Part shown: positions 51,181 to 60,002 of the stretch, piece after piece
Numbering within the stretch: position 1 is the stretch's first letter
How the letters are laid out: each line of letters begins with the position of its first letter
Source: a virus
Direction: 5' to 3' (one strand)
DNA length: 63,362 nucleotides
Virus record (IMG/VR): IMGVR_UViG_3300045988_114118
The notes under the pieces: generated by a model
The model's database searches: none
What the model was told of the DNA's origin: nothing
The model's input: only the letters and a program-made list of their open reading frames with translations
Translations under genes and position numbers: made by a program

Positions 51181-51241
51181 GGTCTTCGCATTAGATGAAT
51201 AAAAAAAGAGCAACCCCTCATAATCCTAGTTTGCGAAGACC
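51181..51241 (-). promoter_or_regulatory. leader hairpin abutting the start codon of the 50960-51178 gene
   Basis: perfect 10-bp stem ggtcttcgca/tgcgaagacc with a 41-nt loop; on the mRNA the 3' arm ends 2 nt before the AUG. Confidence 0.5.
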
Positions 51242-51289
51242 ACACATGTTGTTTTATTTTATATTTTGTTGCCATGATTTATTTATTTG

Positions 51290-51502
51290 TTACCATTCTA
51301 TTATTAATCCATAATCCCCTCGGTGCCATTCTCCTTGATAGAGATTGAATCCTTGTCTCATGAGTTCAAGTTTGCACTCATCGGAGAAGTATACCCAATG
51401 CGGGAAAAATATTTTATACTCGTTTCGTTTATTCGCTTCTTTTATAGCATTATATATCAGATCTAACGATGGTGAGTTTTTTTCTAATTCTCTAGCTTTC
51501 AT
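51290..51502 (-). CDS. hypothetical protein
   Basis: track ORF of 70 aa. Confidence 0.5.
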   Translation of the reverse strand: MKARELEKNSPSLDLIYNAIKEANKRNEYKIFFPHWVYFSDECKLELMRQGFNLYQGEWHRGDYGLIIEW

Positions 51503-51524
51503 ATATTTTTTTAATTATGAGCCT

Positions 51525-51869
51525 TCATGGGAAGGCTCGGTTAATACTATTCCTCAGATCGAGTATAGGCATCCAATGGGTAACACAAATTTTATCACCA
51601 TTAATATCATACCATTCATTACATTCTCTGCAATACCAACCCTGTTGTAAGTATTTAAAATAATCAGTACACCAGCAGCCAGTTATTACCAGATCTTCAT
51701 CATCAGGAAACTTATCTTTTGTGCTTATCCACGGGAATTGCTTTGCCTGCCATTCGGCACCTGCTATAAATCCCTGATAATACGCCGGGAATGCACTACC
51801 GCTACTCCTGCTTTCAGCGAATAAATGAGCCGCTTCTTCTACTGTCTGTCTCATATCAATCTTGCTCAT
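51525..51869 (-). CDS. hypothetical protein (DUF551-like C-terminus)
   Basis: WISTKDKFPDDEDLVITGCW resembles the DUF551 pattern; weak. Confidence 0.5.
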   Translation of the reverse strand: MSKIDMRQTVEEAAHLFAESRSSGSAFPAYYQGFIAGAEWQAKQFPWISTKDKFPDDEDLVITGCWCTDYFKYLQQGWYCRECNEWYDINGDKICVTHWMPILDLRNSINRAFP

Positions 51870-51871
51870 AT

Positions 51872-52288
51872 TTATTTATCTGTTAGGAATTTCTTATTCA
51901 AGTGCCCTTCTCTGATAAGCCATTCTATAGCGTCAACCACATTGTCCATCAGATTCTCTTTGTCGAAGGATTTTGCGCAATTGTAAGTATTGTCACCTTC
52001 CCCGTCCTTGATCCAGTCCGATGCGTACATTAACTCAACGAAATTTCCGGATAGGTAATAAACCATCCCGTCAATATCATCTTGGTATGATTTAGGCATC
52101 ATGTCTATCAGCTTGGATAGAGACCAAGCCGGGAATGCCATATCTTGATCCACGTGCCCTTCAATCCTTCTATATTCAAATGCGACCGGACATTCGAACT
52201 CGTCAAGATACATGTCTGCCGTCTCCGGTCTCACCCCGGCCTCTAATAGCCGTTGTGATTGTTCTTTATTCGTGCAAATTTGATTCAT
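51872..52288 (-). CDS. hypothetical protein
   Basis: track ORF of 138 aa. Confidence 0.6.
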   Translation of the reverse strand: MNQICTNKEQSQRLLEAGVRPETADMYLDEFECPVAFEYRRIEGHVDQDMAFPAWSLSKLIDMMPKSYQDDIDGMVYYLSGNFVELMYASDWIKDGEGDNTYNCAKSFDKENLMDNVVDAIEWLIREGHLNKKFLTDK

Positions 52289-52959
52289 GATTGTTTATTA
52301 ATTAATTCAAACTCGTAAACTATAACATATGGATTCGATTCCCACGCTCCCTTACCGCTTATCTTGTCTATCAAAGTCCCGTAAGCCTCACGTGGTGATT
52401 CTCCCAACTCGTAATACTCAATTCCGTAATATCTTTTGATAACTTTTATCCTTTCTCCATAATAACCATCTTGCAGTACCGTATGCGCCTCGAACTCTCC
52501 GGATACTTCGGTTATGCCTTCTTTCAAACAGTCCTCGCCTGATATATCCTGTAATCTCTCAACTTTGATATTAGTAATACGGATATGGTGTTTGCAAGCT
52601 TCCGCACGGACAAACATCTTATTGTTCCATCCTTTAGATTCCCCCAAGGTACCCCTAACCACTCTCCAATCTTTAGGGCTTCTGTCAAGAGCGTCAGCGT
52701 CATATCCGAGTTCTTTATAGCTTTGCGCTATGGCAACCTCTTCTCCGATTTTATACCGAGTATTTTTAGAGTCAAGCAGATAGTCGCTACCGGAATAAAT
52801 ACAAATTCTATTATCCTCGATTTTCGGATATGATTTCTCATCGCTTTCCAGATAAAATATCATCCTGAAATCAAGCTCAAGCCTTCTCGTCTGTGTCTTT
52901 CTACCTCCAAGAACTAACTTGGTTAGGTCAAATCGATCATTGAACATTATTTTATTCAT
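52285..52959 (-). CDS. hypothetical protein, possibly ASCH-like
   Basis: MFNDRFDLTKLVLGGRKTQTRR resembles an ASCH N-terminal strand pattern; weak. Confidence 0.55.
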   Translation of the reverse strand: MNKIMFNDRFDLTKLVLGGRKTQTRRLELDFRMIFYLESDEKSYPKIEDNRICIYSGSDYLLDSKNTRYKIGEEVAIAQSYKELGYDADALDRSPKDWRVVRGTLGESKGWNNKMFVRAEACKHHIRITNIKVERLQDISGEDCLKEGITEVSGEFEAHTVLQDGYYGERIKVIKRYYGIEYYELGESPREAYGTLIDKISGKGAWESNPYVIVYEFELINKQS

Positions 52960-53117
52960 GCTTTATCCTCCTTCACCTCTAAAATATTATATCTTGATTG
53001 TTTTCTCTTTGGGTTACATTTATCCAAATCCCATAAATATCCATTGATACAACGTGCGTCTGGATAAGATGCACCGAAAAAGGGAAACTCGGGACATTGT
53101 TTTATTTTCTCTTCCAT
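52956..53117 (-). CDS. 53-aa hypothetical protein
   Basis: hand-translated MEEKIKQCPEFPFFGASYPDARCINGYLWDLDKCNPKRKQ...; ATGA coupling to the next gene. Confidence 0.4.
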   Translation of the reverse strand: MEEKIKQCPEFPFFGASYPDARCINGYLWDLDKCNPKRKQSRYNILEVKEDKA

Positions 53118-53119
53118 AT

Positions 53120-53266
53120 TTATCCCTCCTGTATTATGACATCCCCATCCTTATCCGTGAACACGTCCACTAAATCGTAGTAATATTGATCGTCGGACGT
53201 GCGGATCATTACCTCCGCTTCCGGGTCTTGCTCTTGAAGCAATGTTATAAGATCTTTATTTCTCAT
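53120..53266 (-). CDS. 48-aa hypothetical acidic protein
   Basis: hand-translated MRNKDLITLLQEQDPEAEVMIRTSDDQYYYDLVDVFTDKDGDVIIQEG; ATGA coupling to the upstream gene. Confidence 0.4.
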   Translation of the reverse strand: MRNKDLITLLQEQDPEAEVMIRTSDDQYYYDLVDVFTDKDGDVIIQEG

Positions 53267-53637
53267 GATTCACCTCCTTCCTTTAATTTATTTATAAGTA
53301 GGTCCGCTAGCTCGACAGACCATCCCACTACTTTAGAATAAAGTATACCGCATTCAGTACGGCCTTGATAATGTTGCAATTTCACAAACTCGATAGAATA
53401 GCGCTTTGCCAAATCATATCTGCGTTGTTCCCAATCAACGGCTTTATCCTCCGTCTTATCTATAACCTCTAGATCCTCTAGAGCGTTGAGTTCCTGTATG
53501 AGATCAAGCCCCTCGGAATCCACATAGCGCACCCAATCCTTTTCAGGACAGGCTTCGGAAGATTTGAAGGCGATAACATCAACGATCTCCCCAGTCTTTC
53601 TTATTTTCGCTTTCATATCAAAACAATGTTTTCTCAA
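53263..53637 (-). CDS. hypothetical protein
   Basis: track ORF of 124 aa. Confidence 0.6.
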   Translation of the reverse strand: MRKHCFDMKAKIRKTGEIVDVIAFKSSEACPEKDWVRYVDSEGLDLIQELNALEDLEVIDKTEDKAVDWEQRRYDLAKRYSIEFVKLQHYQGRTECGILYSKVVGWSVELADLLINKLKEGGES

Positions 53638-54427
53638 TCTCGTAATTGTAAACCAAAACCTCCGTACTCTCCCTTATCCGAGAGTGAACGGCCGTATGAG
53701 TGGTGACTTTTACTTCCTTATGGTTCCATTTGTTTTCATTGACAAAGGAGCGTAAGGTGTCAGTCCAGTAATTGCTGAGAATGAATTTACCATTGATCCG
53801 AGACAAAAGATCTAGCAGATCCGCAAGGTCATTCTCCCCATAACCATAATAATGACCTTGAACCGCCCCGGGATAAGGAGGATCAAGGTAAAATAACGTA
53901 TCAACGCTATCCCTGTTCTTGATAACTTTCAACGCGTCCCTACAGGAAATCTGCACCTCTGATAGGCGATCGTACAATTTCTCGTTGAACTCCTCACGCT
54001 TATTCCTGAAAACCTTCCCGAAGTGTGTCCCGGCGGTACCGTTACAGAATTTCCATCCTCCATACAAGCTACCAGAATGGCACTCATTTGCCATGATCCA
54101 TACGGCCCAAGCCTTGTCTACATCCGAGACCTCAGATCGTCCTCGATAAATGTTCCTAGCCCTAATGTAGTCAGACTCGGAGTGTAGCGATAACCGGATT
54201 CTCTCACGTAACTCCTTAAATTTGGATGCGGACTGGCAGACCTTGAAAAAGTTTATCAACAAGTCGTTCTTGTCATTGATCACTTCTATGCCTGCTTTAG
54301 GCTTCGCAAAAAATACCGCTCCTCCTCCAAAGAATGGCTCGCAATATATCTTATGCCTAGGCATCATTGATACAATGCGTTCGGACAAGTTTTGCTTGCC
54401 TCCATAATATGTGATTGGTGTTCTCAT
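53618..54427 (-). CDS. dam: DNA N6-adenine methyltransferase (Dam/D12 class)
   Basis: YYGGKQNL...EPFFGGGAVFF (AdoMet binding) and FYLDPPYPG (DPPY catalytic motif). Confidence 0.85.
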   Translation of the reverse strand: MRTPITYYGGKQNLSERIVSMMPRHKIYCEPFFGGGAVFFAKPKAGIEVINDKNDLLINFFKVCQSASKFKELRERIRLSLHSESDYIRARNIYRGRSEVSDVDKAWAVWIMANECHSGSLYGGWKFCNGTAGTHFGKVFRNKREEFNEKLYDRLSEVQISCRDALKVIKNRDSVDTLFYLDPPYPGAVQGHYYGYGENDLADLLDLLSRINGKFILSNYWTDTLRSFVNENKWNHKEVKVTTHTAVHSRIRESTEVLVYNYEIEKTLF

Positions 54428-54491
54428 GTAATTTTATATTCTTTCTTTGCTCTCATCATAGATGAATGCAGTTTTCAACTATGATGAATGA

Positions 54492-54728
54492 TTAAACCTT
54501 ATTTGTTTTAGCGAACACCACCGACTCGTGATCCGGCCTCAGATGGGCCATGCAAGCCTTGCTGTACTCGCAAAATCTCGCTCCATCGTCCCGGAAGACG
54601 CATCCCCTGCACGGGATCTTGTTCTGCCCGTTGTAATACGGGCTGTACTTTTCCACGATAATTTTCATGTCTCCTACCAACACGATCAAACCGGTAGGGG
54701 TGTTCTTCAGTCTGTTGATTATTTCCAT
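54492..54728 (-). CDS. hypothetical Cys-rich protein
   Basis: track ORF of 78 aa. Confidence 0.5.
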   Translation of the reverse strand: MEIINRLKNTPTGLIVLVGDMKIIVEKYSPYYNGQNKIPCRGCVFRDDGARFCEYSKACMAHLRPDHESVVFAKTNKV

Positions 54729-54738
54729 GATTTGTTTT

Positions 54739-56094
54739 TTAAAATGGTTCTTCTTGTGATACTTCTTGGCTTATAGTGAACCCGCTATCATCATATTCCA
54801 TAAAGTGAGTGGTCTTTGCTTCAAATTTCACGATAAACTTGGCTAATCCGATATTTCTTCCTTTCGCTATATCTATCATGGCTGTTCCTCCCACGGGATA
54901 ATTCTGGAAAGGCTCAGGATAATATTTTCCATAAAGCTCAGGCCTATAGATCAGCATGACAACATCGGCGGCCTCCGCTATTTGTCCGCTGGCTCTTAAT
55001 CTTGCCAATGAGGGGGCCGGATTCATTTGGTCCCTGTTTAGCTGGGACAAGGCGATGATCCATATGTCTAGTTCCTTGGCCAGATTCTTCAACCTACGAG
55101 CGGCCTCACCCATTTGTTGCTCGGTATTGCTACCTCTCATATTCACGGACAATATTTGCAGGTAATCCACTACCGCCCCAGATATGCCGTATTTGAGTTT
55201 CATCGTACGGATGGATGAAAGTATCGTGTCTATGTTAGAAGTGCTCCTGTCGTCAAAATAAACAGGCTTATCGTAGATCTTTCCTATTCCCATGTCGATA
55301 CGGTTGAATTGCTCGGGCAAGAGTCTTGAATACATGATCTCGTTGGCGGGTATCCCAGACTCCATGGATATCATCCTAGCCGCTATCTGCTCTTTTTTCA
55401 TTTCCATAGAGTAGAACGCTATCCCATCACCATTCTTGGCGGCGGATAACGATAAGGCTACCGCTAGGGATGTTTTTCCAGAAGACGTATCTGCCGCTAT
55501 GATTATGAGATCTGATCTCTGTAATCCCCCGCTACGCTTGTCTATTTCATGGAATCCGGTAGGCGTTCCTGTTAGCTGTTTGTCATCGGATGCGTTAAGC
55601 GCCATTTGCCTTGATACCTCCTTGATCGCTTCCCTAAGGGTAAATACGCTGTCTTTCGATGTCTGGAAAAGCCCCTTGAGCTTGTCCTCTGTATCCGATA
55701 ACGTGTCAACGATATCGTCCGACTCGGAGTAAGCCCTTGATATCAACTCCTCTCCGATATCAATAAATCTCCTTCTCTTCTCCTTGTCATGCAGTAGGGC
55801 GGCATGCTGGTAGATGTCGAATGTCATGCATGTGGATACTTGGCTTAACCTTAGCATGTCCGTGGAAGGGTCTATTTTCATCATCTCGTTGGCTACGGCT
55901 ATCATGTCCGGTCTATCTCCTCTGCCGTCTATGTTGGATATAGCCTCGAACATGGCCCTATGGAAAGGATCATAGAAACAAGAAGGGGATAATATATCCC
56001 TTACCTCATTCAATGCGTTTCTTTCCGTCATTATCGTCCCCAGCACGACTTTCTCGGCCTCCGTATCGTGGGGGACTACCCTGTTAATTTCCAT
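54739..56094 (-). CDS. dnaB: replicative DNA helicase DnaB
   Basis: N-term VPHDTEAEKVVLGTIM; Walker A AADTSSGKTSLA; VVDYLQIL. Confidence 0.9.
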   Translation of the reverse strand: MEINRVVPHDTEAEKVVLGTIMTERNALNEVRDILSPSCFYDPFHRAMFEAISNIDGRGDRPDMIAVANEMMKIDPSTDMLRLSQVSTCMTFDIYQHAALLHDKEKRRRFIDIGEELISRAYSESDDIVDTLSDTEDKLKGLFQTSKDSVFTLREAIKEVSRQMALNASDDKQLTGTPTGFHEIDKRSGGLQRSDLIIIAADTSSGKTSLAVALSLSAAKNGDGIAFYSMEMKKEQIAARMISMESGIPANEIMYSRLLPEQFNRIDMGIGKIYDKPVYFDDRSTSNIDTILSSIRTMKLKYGISGAVVDYLQILSVNMRGSNTEQQMGEAARRLKNLAKELDIWIIALSQLNRDQMNPAPSLARLRASGQIAEAADVVMLIYRPELYGKYYPEPFQNYPVGGTAMIDIAKGRNIGLAKFIVKFEAKTTHFMEYDDSGFTISQEVSQEEPF

Positions 56095-57130
56095 AATCTT
56101 TTTTCTTTACCTCCATTATCGTCTCAAAAATGCTATTCTTGAACTTTATGAGGCGATCGTCGTTGTTAATTTTCTTGACTATTTCCGTTAATTGCTTTCT
56201 GTTCATACGGTTTAGGATCTCTATCTCCTCGTCTGAAGGGAATATGGGCATCTCTAGTATCAGAGGAGCCTCCTTTTCCAGATATGAGTATAGATTAGTT
56301 TGCTTTATTGATGTTAGGGATTTGAGATCCACTTTACCTCTAGCTTTTTTTACTTGGTTAGAAGGAAGATCCAAGGCGTTTATGAACGTCCTTTTCCAGT
56401 CTATATTAGAGCTTTTCGAGCTTTTTTTCTTCTTCCATCCTAATTCGGTGCTCCAGTAGTCTAAATACGCTTTCTTTAGCGACAATCGGATGTCTATGCC
56501 CGGATGCAGACTTTGGCGTTGAGCTATGAACTCGTCATCGTTAGATAAGGATTCATAGGCTTCTCTCAACCGATCGCAGTACACATCGAAGCTTTCTCTC
56601 CAATTATCCGTATTTTCATCTTCCTCTTCCTCTTCTCCTTCTTTTTCCCCCATACCCCCTATATTATCCTTAACTCTATTACTATCTATATTACCTATAC
56701 CTATACCATAGGGGCTATCAAGCCCCTTTGAAGGGGCTACTAAGGGGCTACCAAGGGGCTTTTTAAAGAAATCTTCAATTGATTGGAAACCAAACAATTG
56801 CTTCATTTCCTCTAATCTTCTTATTATACCTCTATGCGCAGCGTTCTTAGAATTCAAGGGAAGGTTCTTTTGGTGCTTGATGAAATTACGTATATAAATA
56901 TACTTACCGTCCACCGAATAAAGTAATCGTCCTTCAAGCTCCCTTAGGCCTCTTTCAACTTCTTGCTTACCTAGTACTAGATCAAAGCTGATCTTCTTCT
57001 CGTTTATTTCCATGAAGCCAGCTAGGTCGCAAAGGTCGCACAAGTACAAGAACAGAAGCTTGCTAGTCGCTTTCAGGTCGCAGAACCAGTTATCTGTCCA
57101 TTTGTTCGTATCTGTATATCTATATGCCAT
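56084..57130 (-). CDS. putative replication initiation/helicase-loading protein
   Basis: 348 aa directly upstream of, and overlapping, dnaB; acidic linker; function assigned from position only. Confidence 0.5.
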   Translation of the reverse strand: MAYRYTDTNKWTDNWFCDLKATSKLLFLYLCDLCDLAGFMEINEKKISFDLVLGKQEVERGLRELEGRLLYSVDGKYIYIRNFIKHQKNLPLNSKNAAHRGIIRRLEEMKQLFGFQSIEDFFKKPLGSPLVAPSKGLDSPYGIGIGNIDSNRVKDNIGGMGEKEGEEEEEDENTDNWRESFDVYCDRLREAYESLSNDDEFIAQRQSLHPGIDIRLSLKKAYLDYWSTELGWKKKKSSKSSNIDWKRTFINALDLPSNQVKKARGKVDLKSLTSIKQTNLYSYLEKEAPLILEMPIFPSDEEIEILNRMNRKQLTEIVKKINNDDRLIKFKNSIFETIMEVKKKDYGN

Positions 57131-57144
57131 GTTCTAGTGTTTTA

Positions 57145-57639
57145 TTAAAAAGGAATATCTTTGTTCTTTTCTCTAAAGTCTTTTCGTTTTCTTTCGTTTT
57201 CTTTATATAGTTTTTCTTTAGCTTTAATCCTTCTTTGGGTTAAGGCTAATATTTCGTTTTCTCTATGGAAATAGCTTCCGTCATTGCCCGTCACTTTTAA
57301 TATTGCATCATCGTGCTCAAGATATATCGATATATTTATATCCCATAGTAAAGAGGATATTTCAAATAAGGTTATTCCCATCTTCTGTAAGGATCTTATT
57401 GTTTCAAGTATATCGTTAAGCGCATTCTTATGTTCATCTTCATGACATTTTTCGCAAAGTGAAATCAATTGCCAGTCATCGTATTCCCATATTTTTTTAT
57501 TTTGTTCGTATGCTAGATGATGTACATGAAGCGTATTATCTGTATCTCCGCATATTTGGCAAGCGAAATTATCTCTGCTCAATATTTCTAACCTTCTTCT
57601 TTGCCATCTAGGGTCTTTTATTTGTTCCTTATAATCCAT
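57145..57639 (-). CDS. HNH endonuclease
   Basis: CQICGD...LHVHHL...CEKCHEDEH. Confidence 0.7.
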   Translation of the reverse strand: MDYKEQIKDPRWQRRRLEILSRDNFACQICGDTDNTLHVHHLAYEQNKKIWEYDDWQLISLCEKCHEDEHKNALNDILETIRSLQKMGITLFEISSLLWDINISIYLEHDDAILKVTGNDGSYFHRENEILALTQRRIKAKEKLYKENERKRKDFREKNKDIPF

Positions 57640-57650
57640 CGTGCCTTCCT

Positions 57651-57815
57651 TTAATATATTATCCCCCTGTTATACAACTCCTGCCTATATTGCTCCAACG
57701 CCTGAAGGCATCGTTCCTTGTCCATGTATCCCATTGGCATTATCCCGGCCAACCTTGCGTTGCATCGGTCTATGCCATATTTGAGATCCCTGTTTGACAT
57801 TTTCTTTATATCCAT
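57651..57815 (-). CDS. 54-aa hypothetical protein
   Basis: hand-translated MDIKKMSNRDLKYGIDRCNARLAGIMPMGYMDKERCLQALEQYRQELYNRGIIY. Confidence 0.4.
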   Translation of the reverse strand: MDIKKMSNRDLKYGIDRCNARLAGIMPMGYMDKERCLQALEQYRQELYNRGIIY

Positions 57816-57897
57816 GATTACTTAAATTTAAAGTGTACGATATACTCCCCGGTCGAAACCGGGGCTTTTAAAATCTTAATACGTGAGTAGGGTAGGG

Positions 57898-58155
57898 CTA
57901 TTTTATAGTCCTCTTGATCTCGTCCATCAACCTCTCTGTTATCCTCTTGTCGTGCCACTCGTGCCATTCGGTGAATAGCCCCTTGGCGGCAATGAAGAAG
58001 AAGCATGAGTTCTTTAGCTCCGTCTCTTGCGAAGACGTGATGCGTGCCCATTTTAGCTGGTTCTTCACGTGCTCCAGTTCCTTGGAAAGCATGTCGTTCT
58101 CCTTGGATAGGCGGTTGATGCGGATAGTTTGTTGACGTGCTGTTGGAGTACTCAT
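57898..58155 (-). CDS. hypothetical coiled-coil protein
   Basis: track ORF of 85 aa, 4-nt overlap with the upstream gene. Confidence 0.5.
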   Translation of the reverse strand: MSTPTARQQTIRINRLSKENDMLSKELEHVKNQLKWARITSSQETELKNSCFFFIAAKGLFTEWHEWHDKRITERLMDEIKRTIK

Positions 58156-58382
58156 AGCGCACCTCCTTCCAGCCCGGCTAAAATGAATGCGGACATCAAT
58201 AAGATTAGTACCTTGACATAGCCGATAACGTCGTTCTTGTTATCGCATTCGAGCAAGCCGAATGACATGAAGGTTAATAGCTTGGCGATGGATCGCCATG
58301 ATAGGAAGCTCGTTTCGTGAGCGGACGTGGTTGTGCAATTACTGTTGTTCGTTACACTCGCAATTTCATGTTCCTTGGTCAT
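58152..58382 (-). CDS. small C-terminally membrane-anchored protein, paralog of the 50960-51178 gene
   Basis: FLSWRSIAKLL..FGLLECDNKNDVIGYVKVLILLMSAFILAGLEGG; ATG at 58382 preferred. Confidence 0.55.
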   Translation of the reverse strand: MTKEHEIASVTNNSNCTTTSAHETSFLSWRSIAKLLTFMSFGLLECDNKNDVIGYVKVLILLMSAFILAGLEGGAL

Positions 58383-58622
58383 TTTGATGAAATTTGAGTT
58401 ATATAAAGAAAGCCGCTGGCTCCCAACTCCGACCAAGGAACACTACATTAGATAAACTGATGCAGCCAACAGGGAAACCAACGGCTTATATCTTTGCAGG
58501 TATAGCTGTAGTAACGACATAAAAAATGCCGCATACAAGTTTACTATGTAGTGATTCCTTGGTCTTGAATCACTGCAAAGATACAACTCAAATTCAAAAT
58601 GCCAAACATATTGAAGTTTTTT
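58383..58622 (-). promoter_or_regulatory. 240-nt structured leader with mutually exclusive pairings
   Basis: ttccttggtc at 58371-80 and 58555-64; complement gaccaaggaa at 58431-40; 11-bp pair 58489-99/58573-83; local hairpin 58551-57/58567-73. Confidence 0.5.
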
Positions 58623-58811
58623 TTAGAACCACGGGATATATCCCGGTGGCGTGTTGTCCTTGTCCTTGAATCTTTTTAGATGCTCTTCCACGTTCAATCC
58701 CTCCCTTACGAGGATGATCGTGTTCTTGTCAACCCTTACGGGTATCCTCTTGAATTTAGGCTCCGGGAGTATATCCCCGTTTGCCTTCGTGTTCGCTTTG
58801 ATCGTTCTCAT
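58623..58811 (-). CDS. hypothetical protein
   Basis: track ORF of 62 aa. Confidence 0.5.
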   Translation of the reverse strand: MRTIKANTKANGDILPEPKFKRIPVRVDKNTIILVREGLNVEEHLKRFKDKDNTPPGYIPWF

Positions 58812-58816
58812 ATAAG

Positions 58817-58969
58817 TTATCGTTTATAGTTGTCACAATACCGGAGGGAGTTCGCTACCCTTCCGGTGTTCAGTATCTCGCACCATACGGCCAGACCCTT
58901 GTGAGGCTTGCCGTGCACGCAATCGGCGCATCTGATACGCTCGGGTTGCTTGGTAGGTTTCTTAGCCAT
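58817..58969 (-). CDS. 50-aa Cys-rich (zinc-ribbon-like) protein
   Basis: hand-translated MAKKPTKQPERIRCADCVHGKPHKGLAVWCEILNTGRVANSLRYCDNYKR. Confidence 0.4.
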   Translation of the reverse strand: MAKKPTKQPERIRCADCVHGKPHKGLAVWCEILNTGRVANSLRYCDNYKR

Positions 58970-59312
58970 TCAAGTAGTCTTTTATAAGCACGATGAAATC
59001 GTCCAGCGATCGGCATATCTCATATCTGTACCCTTGAGCCTCTACCGCCTTCTGGAATGCCTTCTGGCTGTCCTGTTGCCGGCCTTTTCTTGTCTTCATC
59101 TCGACGTACAGGCCATGATGGACGTTATTCGGGACTGACAGGAACAGGTCTGCGACCCCGGCCAATGCCCCTTCCGCTTTCAGTATAGCCCCGGTTACCG
59201 TGTCCCTCCGTCCTCCGTTCGGGACGCTAAAGAAGCATCCTGCGTATCTCGGGTATTGGAGACGGAAGTATCTGACGCAAGCTTGCTGGGTCTGTGATTC
59301 GATATTCCTCAT
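58962..59312 (-). CDS. VRR-NUC domain nuclease
   Basis: QQACVRYFRLQYP...GVADLFL...LYVEMKTRKG (D...E.K PD-(D/E)xK core). Confidence 0.7.
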   Translation of the reverse strand: MRNIESQTQQACVRYFRLQYPRYAGCFFSVPNGGRRDTVTGAILKAEGALAGVADLFLSVPNNVHHGLYVEMKTRKGRQQDSQKAFQKAVEAQGYRYEICRSLDDFIVLIKDYLNG

Positions 59313-59422
59313 TTGTACTTGTCGTCTATCAAGATTAATACAATAAAAATTATCGCTAGGATAGCGAATATGAACGTTATCACCCCGAAGGATAATAACA
59401 GGCTTTGAAAAATGTCACTCAT
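59309..59422 (-). CDS. 37-aa single-TM peptide
   Basis: hand-translated MSDIFQSLLLSFGVITFIFAILAIIFIVLILIDDKYK; ATGA coupling to VRR-NUC. Confidence 0.35.
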   Translation of the reverse strand: MSDIFQSLLLSFGVITFIFAILAIIFIVLILIDDKYK

Positions 59423-59514
59423 AATCGTAATTGTCAAAATCGTCCGGATCGTAATCCGGAATGTCGTTACCGAAATCCATGATTGTTATTTGTTGTTGGT
59501 GGTGGCAGCGGGAA

Positions 59515-59886
59515 TTATAACATTTTCCAAGTTCTTCCTTCCCATATATCAGAAATACAACTCCTGCTTACGTTAAATTTTTCTGCAAGGCGATAACATG
59601 AAATTTTACCTTTTGATTTCTTTATTTCTTTTGCTTCTTCTAATGTTATCTTCCTTAGTTTTGCAAGCGATTCTTCTTTTATGTGTGTACCAATCATGTG
59701 ATTCCTTGAATGTTGACTTCTGCTTTGAACTTCTAAGTTCTCTATTCTATTATCATATTTATCTCCGTTTATATGGTGTACAACTTCATTTCTTGACAAT
59801 TTACAACCAAGATGCTGTTCCATTAAATACCTATGTAAATCATGCTTTTTGCCATTCACCTTTATAGCTTTGTATTTATAACTCAT
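59515..59886 (-). CDS. HNH endonuclease
   Basis: HRYLMEQHLG...VVHHINGDKYDNRIENLEV..RSQHSRNH. Confidence 0.7.
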   Translation of the reverse strand: MSYKYKAIKVNGKKHDLHRYLMEQHLGCKLSRNEVVHHINGDKYDNRIENLEVQSRSQHSRNHMIGTHIKEESLAKLRKITLEEAKEIKKSKGKISCYRLAEKFNVSRSCISDIWEGRTWKML

Positions 59887-59915
59887 AATAAGAATATATT
59901 AAAAAGTTGAATTAG

Positions 59916-59998
59916 AGGCGATAATCGGACTCGAACCGACATCAAGGGAAACCAATGAAGGGTGTGACAGCCGTTCTCGCATTATACCACTTACCGCC
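59916..59998 (-). ncRNA. tRNA-like gene with canonical acceptor and T arms but a non-canonical interior
   Basis: GGCGGUA...GUCGG/UUCGAGU/CCGAU-UAUCGCC-U. Best anticodon-arm candidate is ACACC/CUUCAUU/GGUUU (UCA) with one mismatch. The D region is 7 nt too long. Confidence 0.45.
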
Positions 59999-60002
59999 CG
60001 AA

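Noticed and set aside
57846-57870. tRNA T-arm-like string ccccggtcgaaaccgggg
   Set aside because: It is a simple 6-bp hairpin with a 6-nt loop and a T-run on the plus strand. No acceptor or other tRNA elements are nearby.
59916-59998. Stop-codon reassignment (UGA suppressor tRNA implying an alternative genetic code)
   Set aside because: All large genes, including the 10.5-kb ORF, are open in the standard code with no need for read-through. The UCA anticodon assignment itself is weak.
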